From Candidatus Latescibacterota bacterium (GTDB taxonomy: Bacteria; Latescibacterota; CBDEFO01): a DNA stretch of 64,000 nt. Positions 1 through 10,738 of this stretch are shown here, piece after piece. The notes below the pieces were generated by a model, which was not told the DNA's origin, searched no databases, and saw only the letters and a program-made list of their open reading frames with translations. Location of the stretch: the NCBI GenBank assembly GCA_965237525.1, contig CBDEFO010000008.1, positions 1,632,001 through 1,696,000 on the forward strand, given 5' to 3'. The number at the start of each line of letters is the position of its first letter. Position 1 is the stretch's first letter. A program made the translations under genes and the position numbers.

Positions 1-684
1 AGATACGGCATAACCAGACAGGAGGTGGACGAGTTTGCATACAGGAGCCAGATGGCCCTGAAATCAGCGGTCCAGGGTTGCAGCTTAAGTGATGAGATTG
101 TTCCTGTGGAGATTAAGGGCAAGAGAGGAGAAACATCCCTGCTTGTTAAGGATGAACATCCGCGGTCCGATACTACCTTGGAGGGACTGTCGAAGCTGAA
201 GTCTGTCTTCAAGGAGGATGGAGTTGTCACGGCGGGAAATGCAAGCGGCATCTGCGATGGCGCGGCCGCGTTGGTCATGGGGTCGGGAGAAATTGCCAAA
301 AAAGAGAAATTAGAGCCTATAGGGCGTCTAATTTCATGGGGTATAGCTGGATGCGAGCCTGAGATTATGGGAATAGGGCCTGTCCCCGCATCGAAGATAG
401 CTCTTGAAAGGGCGGGACTATCATTAGATGATATGGATCTTATAGAGATAAACGAGGCGTTTGCGTGCCAGTATTTAGCTGTGGAAAGGGAACTCGGGTT
501 AGACAGAGAGAAGGTGAACGTAAATGGCGGCGCGATAGCATTGGGACATCCCCTGGGCGCAAGCGGCACGCGGCTGATAATTACTCTACTTTATCAACTA
601 AGGCGAACGGGGGCTAAGTACGGTTTAGCGTCTGCGTGCGTTGGAGGAGGACAGGGCGTGGCTTTAGTAGTTGAGGCGTTCTAA
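1..684 (+). CDS. Acetyl-CoA acetyltransferase (thiolase), 5'-truncated by window edge
   Basis: Thiolase motifs TAGNASG, NEAFA, GGAIALGHPLGASG and CVGGGQG; frame is open from the window start. Confidence 0.95.
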   Translation, partial: RYGITRQEVDEFAYRSQMALKSAVQGCSLSDEIVPVEIKGKRGETSLLVKDEHPRSDTTLEGLSKLKSVFKEDGVVTAGNASGICDGAAALVMGSGEIAKKEKLEPIGRLISWGIAGCEPEIMGIGPVPASKIALERAGLSLDDMDLIEINEAFACQYLAVERELGLDREKVNVNGGAIALGHPLGASGTRLIITLLYQLRRTGAKYGLASACVGGGQGVALVVEAF

Positions 685-812
685 ACAAGCAGACTGGATC
701 CATCCCCCCATCCCTTGAGATCGGTCCCGCTTCGCGTCTCCTTTGGCGTCACAACTCCCGACGGGGTCAAGGTTTGACACCTTCGAATGACGTCGCTTGA
801 GTTAGGCCTTCA

Positions 813-840
813 GTCATTTCGAGCCAAAGGAAGCAATCTC
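813..840 (+). repeat. Degenerate left half of GTCATTGCGAG-type palindromic repeat
   Basis: gtcatttcgagccaaaggaagcaatctc resembles the left arm of the element at 9278..9418. Confidence 0.55.
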
Positions 841-954
841 CGTTAGACTGCCTCTCGTTCTACGCTGTTCGCTATTTTAGACCTCTACAATCTTGTCCAG
901 ACTATTTTGATCCGATACCTGATTAGAAAGTAAGCTGACTATCTGGAGGTAACT

Positions 955-1845
955 ATGAATATTCAAAAGCTCGGCCTCGTAGGCTGTGGGATTATGGGGT
1001 CGAGGATAGCTCAGGTTGTGGCTCAAAGTGGCTATGATGTCCTCGCAACTGATGTAAAAGGGGAGTTGATAGATAAGGGATTAGGGCTTATTGAAGGGTC
1101 TTTGAATAGAGAGGTCCAAAAGGGCAGGATAGATCGATCCGAAATGGATTCGGTTATGGGAAGGCTTAAAGGGGCGGAGGATCTTAAGGACTTAAGAGAT
1201 AGAGACATAATCATAGAAGCTGTGACCGAGCATATAGGGATAAAGACCGAGATATTCGCAAAGTTAGATAAGGTGTGCTCCGATAAGACGATCTTTGTGA
1301 GCAATACGTCCTCTTTGAGCATAACTAACTTGGCTACGACAACCAGGAGACCCGATAAGTTTATGGGTCTCCATTTTTTCAATCCGGCGCACATCATGGA
1401 GTTGGTTGAGATAGTAAGGACGATCCTCACCTCGGATGAGACGTTTGACAGTGTGGTGTCTTTTGCCAAGTCCTTAGGCAAGACTCCTATCGTTGCAAAG
1501 GATAACGCCGGGTTTATCGTAAATAGGCTCCTGGTCCCTTATCTTTTAGACGCTGTGAGGGCTTTTGAGGAGGGGCTAGGTTCTGTGGAGGATATAGACA
1601 GAGGGATGAAGTTAGGATGTGGACTCCCTATAGGCCCTCTTGCCCTGATCGATTTTATAGGATTGGATACGATCTTGAGGATCTCGGACATTATGTTCGA
1701 CGAGTATAAGGAAAAGAGGTTTTCCGCTCCTTCTATTTTGAAGCAGATGGTCCTTGCGGGATATTTAGGCAGAAAGTCGGGAGGGGGTTTTTACGATTAC
1801 GGGGAAGATGAGCCTGTAGTGTCAGATTTTGTGAGGGAAAGGTAG
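955..1845 (+). CDS. hbd: 3-hydroxybutyryl-CoA dehydrogenase
   Basis: GxGxMG Rossmann motif, SNTSSL, GLHFFNP, GFIVNR, LGRKSGGGFYDY; GGAGG RBS. Confidence 0.93.
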   Translation: MNIQKLGLVGCGIMGSRIAQVVAQSGYDVLATDVKGELIDKGLGLIEGSLNREVQKGRIDRSEMDSVMGRLKGAEDLKDLRDRDIIIEAVTEHIGIKTEIFAKLDKVCSDKTIFVSNTSSLSITNLATTTRRPDKFMGLHFFNPAHIMELVEIVRTILTSDETFDSVVSFAKSLGKTPIVAKDNAGFIVNRLLVPYLLDAVRAFEEGLGSVEDIDRGMKLGCGLPIGPLALIDFIGLDTILRISDIMFDEYKEKRFSAPSILKQMVLAGYLGRKSGGGFYDYGEDEPVVSDFVRER

Positions 1846-1863
1846 GAAAAAGGAGTTTAATTT

Positions 1864-2643
1864 ATGGACCTAGATTATTTAAGGTTAGAAGTTGAAAATG
1901 GAATCGCTTGTGCGGTTGTAGATAATCCACCAGTGAACGATCTGGGCTCAAAGGTACTGTCCGATATAAAGAAGGCTGTGGATGAAATGGAGTCAAACGA
2001 TGCTATAAGGGCTGCCATAATCACAGGAGCGGGAAAGTTCTTTTCGGCAGGCGCGGACATAGTGGAGTTAGCAGAAATTAACTCGGCAAAGGAGGCAGAA
2101 AATTTTTCAAGATCGGGGCATTCGATCTTAAGGAGGATCGAAAACTTAAGAAAACCGATCATAGCGGCTATCAACGGAGGATGCTATGGGGGGGGATTGG
2201 AGCTGGCTATGGCGTGTCACATAAGGGTGGCAAGTGTGGATGCTCAATTAGGTCAGCCAGAGATTAATTTAGGGGTCATGCCGGGCTACGCTGGGACATA
2301 TAGACTGCCCCGTTTTGTAGGCAGAGGGAGGGCCCTGGAACTTCTGCTTACGGGAGAGTCTATCGCCGCTGGGGATGCCGAGTCGTGGGGGCTCGTAAAC
2401 AGGGTTGTCCCCGCAGAGGATGTAATGAAGGAGTCCAAGGTAATAGCCCAAAAGATAGCCTCTTTTGGGCATCTTTCTGTTGAGGCTATTCTGCGATCAG
2501 TGGATGAGGGCTCTATAGCCAGTGGATCGGCAGCTGTGGATGTGGAGTCTAAGTACTTCGGCCGGCTTTTCGAGACTGAGGATAAAAAAGAGGGCATATC
2601 AGCGTTCTTAGAAAAGCGAAGTCCCGTTTTTAAGGGTAAATAG
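1864..2643 (+). CDS. Enoyl-CoA hydratase/crotonase family protein
   Basis: FSAGADI, GGGLELAMACH, GQPEINLG, EGISAFLEKR; follows hbd. Confidence 0.93.
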   Translation: MDLDYLRLEVENGIACAVVDNPPVNDLGSKVLSDIKKAVDEMESNDAIRAAIITGAGKFFSAGADIVELAEINSAKEAENFSRSGHSILRRIENLRKPIIAAINGGCYGGGLELAMACHIRVASVDAQLGQPEINLGVMPGYAGTYRLPRFVGRGRALELLLTGESIAAGDAESWGLVNRVVPAEDVMKESKVIAQKIASFGHLSVEAILRSVDEGSIASGSAAVDVESKYFGRLFETEDKKEGISAFLEKRSPVFKGK

Positions 2644-2646
2644 CTA

Positions 2647-2675
2647 TTGACGGATTGGGATGCAGCAAGTATATT
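2647..2675 (+). promoter_or_regulatory. Sigma-70-type promoter upstream of lepA
   Basis: TTGACG-N17-TATATT. Confidence 0.6.
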
Positions 2676-2774
2676 TTTCTTAAGACGTACCGTGGATTCA
2701 ACATAGAGTTAGCAGATTGGAGAGTGCGATTTCTGACTATGACAGTTTGAGAGATCTTTGAAGGAAAAACTATA

Positions 2775-4574
2775 TTGACGACCGAGCTTATAAGGAACTT
2801 TTCCATAATAGCCCATATAGATCACGGCAAGTCCACACTTGCCGATAGACTTCTGGAGATGACGGGGACTCTGTCGGGAAAAGAGATGCGTGAGCAGGTG
2901 CTAGACGATATGGAACTGGAAAGGGAAAGGGGTATAACCATAAAGGCGCACGCTGTACGGATGGAGTACAGTGCCATAGACGGCAAGGCCTATGTATTGA
3001 ACCTGATAGATACTCCCGGACACGTGGATTTTTCGTATGAGGTATCCAGAAGCCTCGCAGCGTGCGAGGGTGCCTTGTTAGTGGTGGACGCTGTCCAGGG
3101 AATGGAGGCTCAGACCATAAGTAACCTGTATTTGGCTTTGGAAAACGATCTTATCATCATTCCGGTAGTAAATAAGATAGATCTTCAAAATGCCCGTACA
3201 GATAGGGTCAAAGGCCAGTTAGCAGATCTTTTGGGAGTAAGCCAGGATGAGGTTTTGTGTGTAAGTGCAAAGTTAGGCTGGGGGATTGCGGAAATATTAG
3301 AGGCAATTGTGGAAAGGATTTCTCCACCTGGCGGTTCAGATAAAAATCGCCTGAAGGCTTTAATATTCGACTCCGTGTTTGACCGCTACAGGGGTGCTGT
3401 GGTTTATGTGAGGATGTTTGATGGATCGGTAAATCAAGGAGATCATGTTAGGTTGTTCTCAAACGGGAAGGTATATCAGGTCGAAGAGGTCGGAGTCCTG
3501 AGATTGAAGAAGATCAAAACGGGATCTCTTTCAGCAGGAGAGGTGGGTTATCTCATCTGCGGGATAAAGGAACTGGCGGACGCTAAGGTGGGGGACACTA
3601 TCTTAGAGGCTGTGGACTTGGATGCTGATCCCCTTCCGGGCTATAAGGACGTAAAGCCTATGGTCTTTTCAGGACTCTATCCCCAAGATCCGGACGATTA
3701 TGAGGAACTCAGGGATTTCTTGGAGCGTCTGAAATTGAACGATTCTTCTTTATCCTATGTACCTGAAACTTCGAATGCACTGGGTTTCGGCTTCAGATGC
3801 GGCTTTTTGGGACTCTTGCACATGGAGATAGTTGGTGAGAGACTGGAAAGAGAGTACGGCTTGAAGATCATAACTACCGTCCCGAATGTGGAGTACAGGG
3901 TGATCTTAAAGGATGGGACCAAACTTCTGGTAGATAATCCGGCGGATATGCCCCCTCAAGGAGAGATAGATGCTGTAGAAGAACCGATCCTGGAGGCTCA
4001 GATTCTAACCCCGAGAGATTATATGGGAAATATAATGAAGTTGGTTCTAGACAGGCGTGGGGTCTATGTAAATACGGAATATTTAGAACCCACAAGGGTA
4101 GTACTTAAATACGAGATTCCCTTAGCGGAGGTCGTCTTTGATTTTTATGACAGGTTGAAATCTGTCAGCAGGGGTTATGCTTCCTTCGATTATGAGTACA
4201 AAGAGCACAGTCCCGCCAATCTTGTGAAGTTAGATATTCTGATCAACAGCGATTCTGTTGATGCTCTCTCGGCCATAATTCACAGGGATAAGGCTTATAA
4301 CTGGGGCAGACAGCTTTGCAAAAGGCTCAAGGAGCTTATCCCGAAACAGTTGTTCGGGGTGGTTATACAGGGAGCTGTAGGGAACAAGGTCATATCTAGG
4401 GAGGTAATCCGTCCCTTTAAGAAGAACGTTACTGCCAAGTGTTACGGCGGAGATATAACAAGGAAAAGGAAACTTCTGGAAAGACAGAGAGAGGGGAAAA
4501 AGAGGATGAAGCAGGTGGGGAACGTGGAGATCCCTCAGGAGGCGTTCCTGGCAATTTTGAATGTGGGCGAGTAG
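2775..4574 (+). CDS. lepA: Elongation factor 4 (LepA)
   Basis: [49 protein letters not shown] start. Confidence 0.99.
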   Translation: MTTELIRNFSIIAHIDHGKSTLADRLLEMTGTLSGKEMREQVLDDMELERERGITIKAHAVRMEYSAIDGKAYVLNLIDTPGHVDFSYEVSRSLAACEGALLVVDAVQGMEAQTISNLYLALENDLIIIPVVNKIDLQNARTDRVKGQLADLLGVSQDEVLCVSAKLGWGIAEILEAIVERISPPGGSDKNRLKALIFDSVFDRYRGAVVYVRMFDGSVNQGDHVRLFSNGKVYQVEEVGVLRLKKIKTGSLSAGEVGYLICGIKELADAKVGDTILEAVDLDADPLPGYKDVKPMVFSGLYPQDPDDYEELRDFLERLKLNDSSLSYVPETSNALGFGFRCGFLGLLHMEIVGERLEREYGLKIITTVPNVEYRVILKDGTKLLVDNPADMPPQGEIDAVEEPILEAQILTPRDYMGNIMKLVLDRRGVYVNTEYLEPTRVVLKYEIPLAEVVFDFYDRLKSVSRGYASFDYEYKEHSPANLVKLDILINSDSVDALSAIIHRDKAYNWGRQLCKRLKELIPKQLFGVVIQGAVGNKVISREVIRPFKKNVTAKCYGGDITRKRKLLERQREGKKRMKQVGNVEIPQEAFLAILNVGE

Positions 4575-4601
4575 GACTTAACGTAATGGAGCTTTGAAAG
4601 G

Positions 4602-5501
4602 GTGAGCGGAAAGACTAAGAATAAGAAAAGGAAAGATAAAAGGATTAAAGATAACGATGTCCTTAAAGGGGAGAGCACGGCACAAAGGCCTGATATTTGG
4701 GGTTATATAAGGAGGCTGTTGATAGGCAAAAAAAAGAGCCAGAGGGGAAAATCCGTCATAAGGGAGTACTCAGAAGCCATAGTAGTGGCTGTGTTGTTGG
4801 CTTTGGTGATCAGGACCTTTGTGATCCAGGCATTTCGCATCCCGTCAGGTTCTATGGAGGACACTCTGCTTGTGGGAGATTTTCTCCTTGCAGAGAAGAT
4901 AACTTACGGTCCGACTTTTGGTTCTGACGATCTTTTTTATTTTATTCCGGATATCCCGTTTTTCGATATAAGTATTGGGGATATCCTGGCGGATATCCTG
5001 TTTTTCGATATAAGGCTTCCGGGGCTAAGGGACCCCAAACCGCGAGATATAATAATATTTGAGTATCCTGAAGATCCCTCAAGGGACTTTATAAAGCGCT
5101 GTGTGGCTGTGGCAGGACAGACGGTAGAGATAAGGGATAAAAAGTTATATGTGGATGGAAAAAGGTTCCCCGATCCTCCCCAGGTTAAGTACGAAAGCGG
5201 CAGGATATTAAGTAATAAGAAGGAGCTTATAAGAGACAACTACGGTCCGAGAAAACTGAAGGAGGGGGAACTTTTTATGATGGGGGACAACAGAGATAAC
5301 AGTCAGGACAGCAGATTCTGGGGACCCCTTCCGATGGAGAATGTGAAGGCAAAGGCGCTGATTATCTATGGGTCGTGGAACGGAGATTGGCGGGCGCCGA
5401 AAATAAGAGGTCCGGGGTCTTTGCCAGCCTGGTTATTTTATCATATTACCCATTTTCCCTGGGAAGTAAGATGGGGCAGGATAGGGGATATTATAAGGTA
5501 A
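4602..5501 (+). CDS. lepB: Signal peptidase I
   Basis: IPSGSMEDTL (Ser), DFIKRC (Lys), MGDNRDNSQDSRFWG; follows lepA; start uncertain. Confidence 0.95.
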   Translation: MSGKTKNKKRKDKRIKDNDVLKGESTAQRPDIWGYIRRLLIGKKKSQRGKSVIREYSEAIVVAVLLALVIRTFVIQAFRIPSGSMEDTLLVGDFLLAEKITYGPTFGSDDLFYFIPDIPFFDISIGDILADILFFDIRLPGLRDPKPRDIIIFEYPEDPSRDFIKRCVAVAGQTVEIRDKKLYVDGKRFPDPPQVKYESGRILSNKKELIRDNYGPRKLKEGELFMMGDNRDNSQDSRFWGPLPMENVKAKALIIYGSWNGDWRAPKIRGPGSLPAWLFYHITHFPWEVRWGRIGDIIR

Positions 5502-5731
5502 TCTTAAGATAGGGCCTATAACGTTCTGAGATAGTGGAGGACAATAAAGGACATGTTCAGATTGCACTGGAGGGCAGGAATGTCCCACCCGCCGGGTTTA
5601 GCAGGAAGTAGAAGGGCATTCACCTATGCTTTACAGAAGTGTGAGGGCAAGAAAAGGCAACATCATCTGAGGGTGTGAAGACCGGCAAGCAGACTCAAAT
5701 GGAAATCTTTAAATTCTACAAGGAGATCCAA

Positions 5732-6862
5732 ATGGGAGAAAAAGGATTAAGGGGAGTCATAGCTGGAAACACGGCGCTGAGCACCATTGACGGCACTAAG
5801 GGGGAGTTAATATATCAAGGGATTGACATTCATGATCTGGCCCAGAACTCTACGTTTGAAGAGACTGCTTATCTCCTATGGTTCGGGAGTCTGCCTACAA
5901 GGGCACAGTTGGGTGAACTATCTAAAGAGTTTCTGAAAAATAGGGAGTTAGACGACGAGATCATAGACTTAATTAGCTTGTTTCCCGAGAATGCTCCTCC
6001 TATGGGGGCGCTCAGGACAGCGGTGTCTCATCTCGGTCTTTACGATCCCGATTCTGATAACGATTATTCCAGAGAGGTGAACCTGAAAAAAGCAATAAGG
6101 ATCACAGCTAAGATGGCCACCTTCGTGGCGGCTTACGATAGGATAAGAAACGGGGAAGAACCGATCCAACCTGATCCGAACTTAAGCCATGCGGCAAACT
6201 TTCTGTACATGCTAAACGGAGAGAGGCGGGATGAGGACACAGCCTTGGGGTTCGATCTATGCCTTATCCTGCATGCAGATCACGGTTTCAACGCTTCGAC
6301 GTTCTCCTCAAGGGTGACGATTGCTACGCTTTCAGATATGTATTCCGCCTCCGTGTCGGCTCTGGGGACTCTTAAAGGACCGCTTCACGGGGGGGCTAAT
6401 GAACAGGTGATTCGGATGGTCTTGAAGATAGGGGATGTGGATAAGGCGGAGGGATATGTAAAGGACGCTCTGGCCCGTCACGAAAGGATTATGGGATTCG
6501 GGCATGCGGTCTATAAGACAGAGGATCCGAGGGTTCCCCACTTAAGGAGGCTGTCCAAGAAATTAGGAGAAAAGTCCGGAAACAGTAAGTGGTACGAGAT
6601 TTCAAGGAAGATCGAGGATACGATGATGGAGGCAGGGATGGGTGAAAAGGGGATATGGACAAACGTGGATTTCTACTCGGCTTCGGTCTATTATGCTATG
6701 GGCATTCCGCTAGATCTGTTTACGCCGATCTTTGCGGTCAGCAGAATCGTGGGATGGACGGGACATATCATAGAACAGCTTGAGGACAACCGTATTATAA
6801 GGCCAAAATCACAATATATCGGCCCAAGGGACGTGCCTTACGTACCTGTGGATGAGCGTTAA
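5732..6862 (+). CDS. Citrate synthase (citrate/2-methylcitrate family)
   Basis: HADHGFNASTF, GPLHGGANE, GFGHAVYK, NVDFYS; ATG 5732 follows AAGGAG. Confidence 0.95.
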   Translation: MGEKGLRGVIAGNTALSTIDGTKGELIYQGIDIHDLAQNSTFEETAYLLWFGSLPTRAQLGELSKEFLKNRELDDEIIDLISLFPENAPPMGALRTAVSHLGLYDPDSDNDYSREVNLKKAIRITAKMATFVAAYDRIRNGEEPIQPDPNLSHAANFLYMLNGERRDEDTALGFDLCLILHADHGFNASTFSSRVTIATLSDMYSASVSALGTLKGPLHGGANEQVIRMVLKIGDVDKAEGYVKDALARHERIMGFGHAVYKTEDPRVPHLRRLSKKLGEKSGNSKWYEISRKIEDTMMEAGMGEKGIWTNVDFYSASVYYAMGIPLDLFTPIFAVSRIVGWTGHIIEQLEDNRIIRPKSQYIGPRDVPYVPVDER

Positions 6863-6897
6863 AGAGTGAAATATTCTGACACTATCTTCTCAATAAT

Positions 6898-8049
6898 ATG
6901 TCTATAGGGCTTTACATACACATCCCTTTCTGTCGCAGAATATGCCCCTACTGTTCCTTTTCCGTGACGACGGGAAGGTCGGAGTTTATAGATAGGTATC
7001 TGGATGCCCTTGAAATGGAGATGAAGATTAAGTCAGAAAAGTTGTGTATAGGTAGGGTGTTCGATACTGTGTACATCGGCGGTGGAACGCCTACGGTCCT
7101 TTCTGTAGAGCAGCTTAAGGGAGTACTGAGGTCTGTATATAAATATTGGCGATGGGTGGATAACGCGGAGATTACGCTTGAGGCAAATCCGGGGACTCTG
7201 GATATAGATAAATTGCGGGACATAAGGGATTTGGGAATAAATCGGATCAGCCTGGGCGTCCAGTCGTTTAACGATAGGGTCTTAAAGGCGCTGTACAGGG
7301 ATCACACTTCGGATGAAGCGGTTGAGGCGTTTAATTTGGCCAGAAAAGCGGGATTTGAAAATATAAATATAGACTTAATCTTCGGCGCTCCAGGTGGGGA
7401 CTTGAGATCCTGGGAGGAGGACTTAGACGTGGCTTTGGACCTTGCACCTGAGCATATGTCCATTTACGGTCTTACTATTGAGCCGGGGACACCGTTCGAC
7501 AGGATGTATAAGCGCGGGAGATTGAACCTTCCGACCGAGGGGACTCAGGGGCAGATGTACAATATAGCCATGGAGCGTTTGGAGGATCGGGGTTACGAGC
7601 ATTATGAGATCTCCAACTTTTCAAAGACAGGGTTTCAATCGAGGCACAACCAAAGCTACTGGGACGGTTCAGAGTATGTGGGCGTGGGAACGTCGGCTCA
7701 TTCTTTCTGGGATGGCAGGAGGTTTTGGAGCGTATTTGAGACCAGCGATTACGTGGATAGACTGGAAAAGGGGATGGATGTCCTGGAAGATGAGGAGGTG
7801 CTGTCAGAAGACGAGCGCATATGTGAATCAATTTTTCTCGGGTTCAGAACGGGTGAGGGGATCGATTTGAAGGGTTTTTACGAGAGACATAGCTTTGATT
7901 ACAGGGAAAAAGCAAGAAAGTGTCTGGGACCCCTAATCGAGAAGAGACTGATAGAGGATTCCGGCGGGAGCATAAGGCTGACTCAGAGCGGATTCATGGT
8001 CGCAGACTCAGTTATAGAGGAGTTGGCGGCGGCTGTGGAGGAAAGTTGA
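6898..8049 (+). CDS. hemW: Radical SAM heme chaperone HemW (HemN-like)
   Basis: LYIHIPFCxxxCxYC, GGGTP, YEISNF, HNxxYW; lepA-linked context. Confidence 0.9.
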   Translation: MSIGLYIHIPFCRRICPYCSFSVTTGRSEFIDRYLDALEMEMKIKSEKLCIGRVFDTVYIGGGTPTVLSVEQLKGVLRSVYKYWRWVDNAEITLEANPGTLDIDKLRDIRDLGINRISLGVQSFNDRVLKALYRDHTSDEAVEAFNLARKAGFENINIDLIFGAPGGDLRSWEEDLDVALDLAPEHMSIYGLTIEPGTPFDRMYKRGRLNLPTEGTQGQMYNIAMERLEDRGYEHYEISNFSKTGFQSRHNQSYWDGSEYVGVGTSAHSFWDGRRFWSVFETSDYVDRLEKGMDVLEDEEVLSEDERICESIFLGFRTGEGIDLKGFYERHSFDYREKARKCLGPLIEKRLIEDSGGSIRLTQSGFMVADSVIEELAAAVEES

Positions 8050-8960
8050 TGAGGGGCGTTCAGGTCAAAGTTCCGGCAAGCGCAGCAAACTTGGGTCCGG
8101 GATTTGACTCCTTGGGGATGGCCTTGAAGCTCTACAACAGAGTCGTCGTCCAGGTCCTCGATAGGGAAGATTTGGAAATTGAAATAGAGGGGGAAGGGGA
8201 AGAGGTTATATCTCTCGACAAAGATAATATAGTCTATCGGGCGATGGTCAGGGGCTTTGACGAGGCGGGCGTCCCAATTCCGGGTTTAAGTATATTTCTG
8301 GAGAATAATATACCGATATCAAGAGGTCTGGGGAGCAGCGCTGCGGCCAGGATTGCAGGGTTGACAGCGGCAAGACATCTCAGCAAAGGTAAGTATTCAG
8401 ATAGCAGGGTAATAGATATAGCTTCAGAACTGGAGGGTCATCCTGATAACGCCGTTGCATCTCTTGTTGGAGGATTTGTAGTTTCATCCAAAGGGGATGG
8501 AGGAGTCGAGTACATCAGGTTGGAGCCTCCCCAGGATCTAAAATTCGTGGTCGCTGTGCCGAATTTTGAGCTTGCCACGGAAAAAGCCAGGCGCGTACTG
8601 CCAGAGAATGTGAGTCTGGAGAATGCAGTACATAATCTAAGCAGGACGGCTCTTTTGGTGGCGTCGTTTGTATCCCGAGACTATGAATACTTGAAGTCAG
8701 CTACGGAGGATCTTCTCCATCAGCCTTACAGAGAAAGTTTAATACCTGGCATGCGTGATGTATTCGATGCGGCTTTGGACGATGGGGCTCTGGGAGTAGC
8801 TATATGCGGTGCTGGCGCATCGCTTTTTGCCCTCGTAAAGGATAATTGGGAAAGGGTCGGGAAGAGCATGCAAGAGGTGTGGGCAGATGCCGACGTGGAG
8901 TCGAAGATACTATTTTTGGAGCCTGACATAGACGGGGCTGCAGTGGAGCCTTTGGATTGA
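8049..8960 (+). CDS. thrB: Homoserine kinase
   Basis: VPASAANLGPGFDSLG, PISRGLGSSAA, EGHPDN, DLLHQPYR; ATG overlaps the hemW stop (TGATG). Confidence 0.95.
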   Translation: MRGVQVKVPASAANLGPGFDSLGMALKLYNRVVVQVLDREDLEIEIEGEGEEVISLDKDNIVYRAMVRGFDEAGVPIPGLSIFLENNIPISRGLGSSAAARIAGLTAARHLSKGKYSDSRVIDIASELEGHPDNAVASLVGGFVVSSKGDGGVEYIRLEPPQDLKFVVAVPNFELATEKARRVLPENVSLENAVHNLSRTALLVASFVSRDYEYLKSATEDLLHQPYRESLIPGMRDVFDAALDDGALGVAICGAGASLFALVKDNWERVGKSMQEVWADADVESKILFLEPDIDGAAVEPLD

Positions 8961-9277
8961 AATATCTGCGTTATCGTCTACTTATGAAGGATAGATCACT
9001 CATTACCCTAACGGCACTTCTGTAGACGTCCTTAACCCGAATAAAAGCCAGTGCATCAATTGAGAGATTGAATTATATTATAGTTACGTTGCATAATTAC
9101 AAAAACAATCCCCAAAATTAGAGAGGCACTGCCACGAATGAAGATTCCTCTCTATGTTATAAGGGTACCCGCTATATGGCACAACTATAGTTAGCCCGAA
9201 TAATTCACAAAAAAAAGGCCGTGTATTAATTAAGGGATTGTATTATATTATAGTTATGTCGTTTAACCACCTTCGGT

Positions 9278-9418
9278 GTCATTGCGAGCCGAAGGCGAAG
9301 CAATCTCGATTCTGTGGTAGATGTAATACGCTCCGGCTCTCATAGGAGACCACTATAAAACCTTGAGATTGCTTCCCCGATAGACTCAATCGGGGACCGC
9401 TTTGCTCCTCGCAATGAC
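9278..9418. repeat. GTCATTGCGAG...CTCGCAATGAC palindromic (REP/MITE-like) element containing a nested 21-bp palindrome
   Basis: 11-bp terminal inverted repeat plus inner AAGCAATCTC/GAGATTGCTT arms. Confidence 0.8.
9375..9395 (-). repeat. 21-bp palindrome, copy 1
   Basis: ccccgatagactcaatcgggg; reverse complement of consensus with 1 mismatch. Confidence 0.9.
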
Positions 9419-9463
9419 CTCCATCAAGTTTATGAATTAATCGGGTTAGAAAGCTGATGAAAC

Positions 9464-10258
9464 GTGAGCAAACAAGACGAGATTGCAGCTGCAAATGAGC
9501 AGCACTGGGAGAAGATGGTGAAGGAGGGATGTGGGTTCACCCAGCCATGGCTCGACTTGGACGGCGGACTGCTTCTGGAGTATGCCGACGGCTCTTTGAG
9601 TCCCGTTCCCGATCCGCTTCTTTTAATATACCCGACTTCTGTTCTGGCAGGGGTAGACGGCAAAGACGTGCTTGGTCTGGCATCCGGAGGTGGCCAGCAG
9701 TCAGCCGTGTTTGGCCTTCTTGGTGCGCGGGTGACAGGGGTGGATCTGACCGAGGGGCAGCTAGATGGAGATAGGGAAGCAGCGGCACACTACGGATATG
9801 AGGTAGCGACTATTCGAGCGGACATGCGGAACCTCTCTTTTCTAGGCGATGAATCCTTTGACTTGGTGTACCAAGCGCTCTCCTTGGGGTATGTACCCCA
9901 TGTTGGAGAGGTCTATGCAGAGGTTGCTAGGGTGTTGAGAACCGGCGGGCTCTACCGAGTGGGTCACTGCAACCCAGCTACGCAGGTTGTGGAGAACGAT
10001 TCCTGGAATGGGGAGGGGTATCAGATCGGCGTCCCGTATGCCGGGGGACGGATTGAGGATGATGCTCATGGTGCTGTCGAGTTCCGACATCTGCTTGGTG
10101 ACATCTTCAATGGGATCCTCGCTGCAGGGCTGTCCATCCGTGGTGTTTATGAAGCTCCGATCCATCTGCAGCACAACGCCCAAGCTCGCCCGGGAAGCTG
10201 GTTTCATATGCTGACTTACGTCCAGCAGTATTTCGCTATCGTAGCAATGAAGGAGTAG
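9464..10258 (+). CDS. Class I SAM-dependent methyltransferase
   Basis: VLGLASGGGQQ, VTGVDL, ADMRNL, FDLV, RVLRTGG. Confidence 0.9.
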   Translation: MSKQDEIAAANEQHWEKMVKEGCGFTQPWLDLDGGLLLEYADGSLSPVPDPLLLIYPTSVLAGVDGKDVLGLASGGGQQSAVFGLLGARVTGVDLTEGQLDGDREAAAHYGYEVATIRADMRNLSFLGDESFDLVYQALSLGYVPHVGEVYAEVARVLRTGGLYRVGHCNPATQVVENDSWNGEGYQIGVPYAGGRIEDDAHGAVEFRHLLGDIFNGILAAGLSIRGVYEAPIHLQHNAQARPGSWFHMLTYVQQYFAIVAMKE

Positions 10259-10264
10259 AGAGCT

Positions 10265-10336
10265 TTCTAACAACTGCTTGGAACGGACGTGGGTTACGCT
10301 ACGCTTCTTACCCGTCGGTGATGCCGAGCGTTGTGC
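10265..10336 (+). other. attC-like recombination site
   Basis: TTCTAAC-aactgcttggaacggacg ... cgtcggtgatgccgagc-GTTGTGC, a 72-bp imperfect inverted repeat starting 6 nt after the stop codon. Confidence 0.7.
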
Positions 10337-10738
10337 AGATATATCAGAAACTTCAAAATGTTGAAGACAAATAGCAAATTTTTGGGTTATAAGCTGGACG
10401 CGACGACCAGATAGTGTCATCTAGACTGGCCTGTTGAACTCTTTGAATTGGTCCAGCTTAAGAAGTAGTCAACGCTATGAAGGATTACTACGCAATTCTG
10501 GGATTAAGGGCAGATGTTTCACAAGAAGATCTGAAGAAGGCATACAGGAGGCTCGCTAAAGAGTATCACCCTGATACCAATCCGGGAAATAGAATAGCTG
10601 AGGAAAAGTTCAAGGATATTTACGAGGCCTACAGGCTGTTGAGCGACCCGAAAAAGAGGCAGGAGTACGATGGAAAGAGGGGAACGACAGGCTATTCTCA
10701 CACAAAAACAGATGATCATGAAAATGCGAGCGGATCTA

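Larger units (their letters stand above)
9445..10336 (+). mobile_element. Solitary integron-type gene cassette (methyltransferase + attC)
   Basis: Core site GTTAGAA (9445..9451) is the exact reverse complement of TTCTAAC (10265..10271); attC-like hairpin ends GTTGTGC. Confidence 0.7.
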
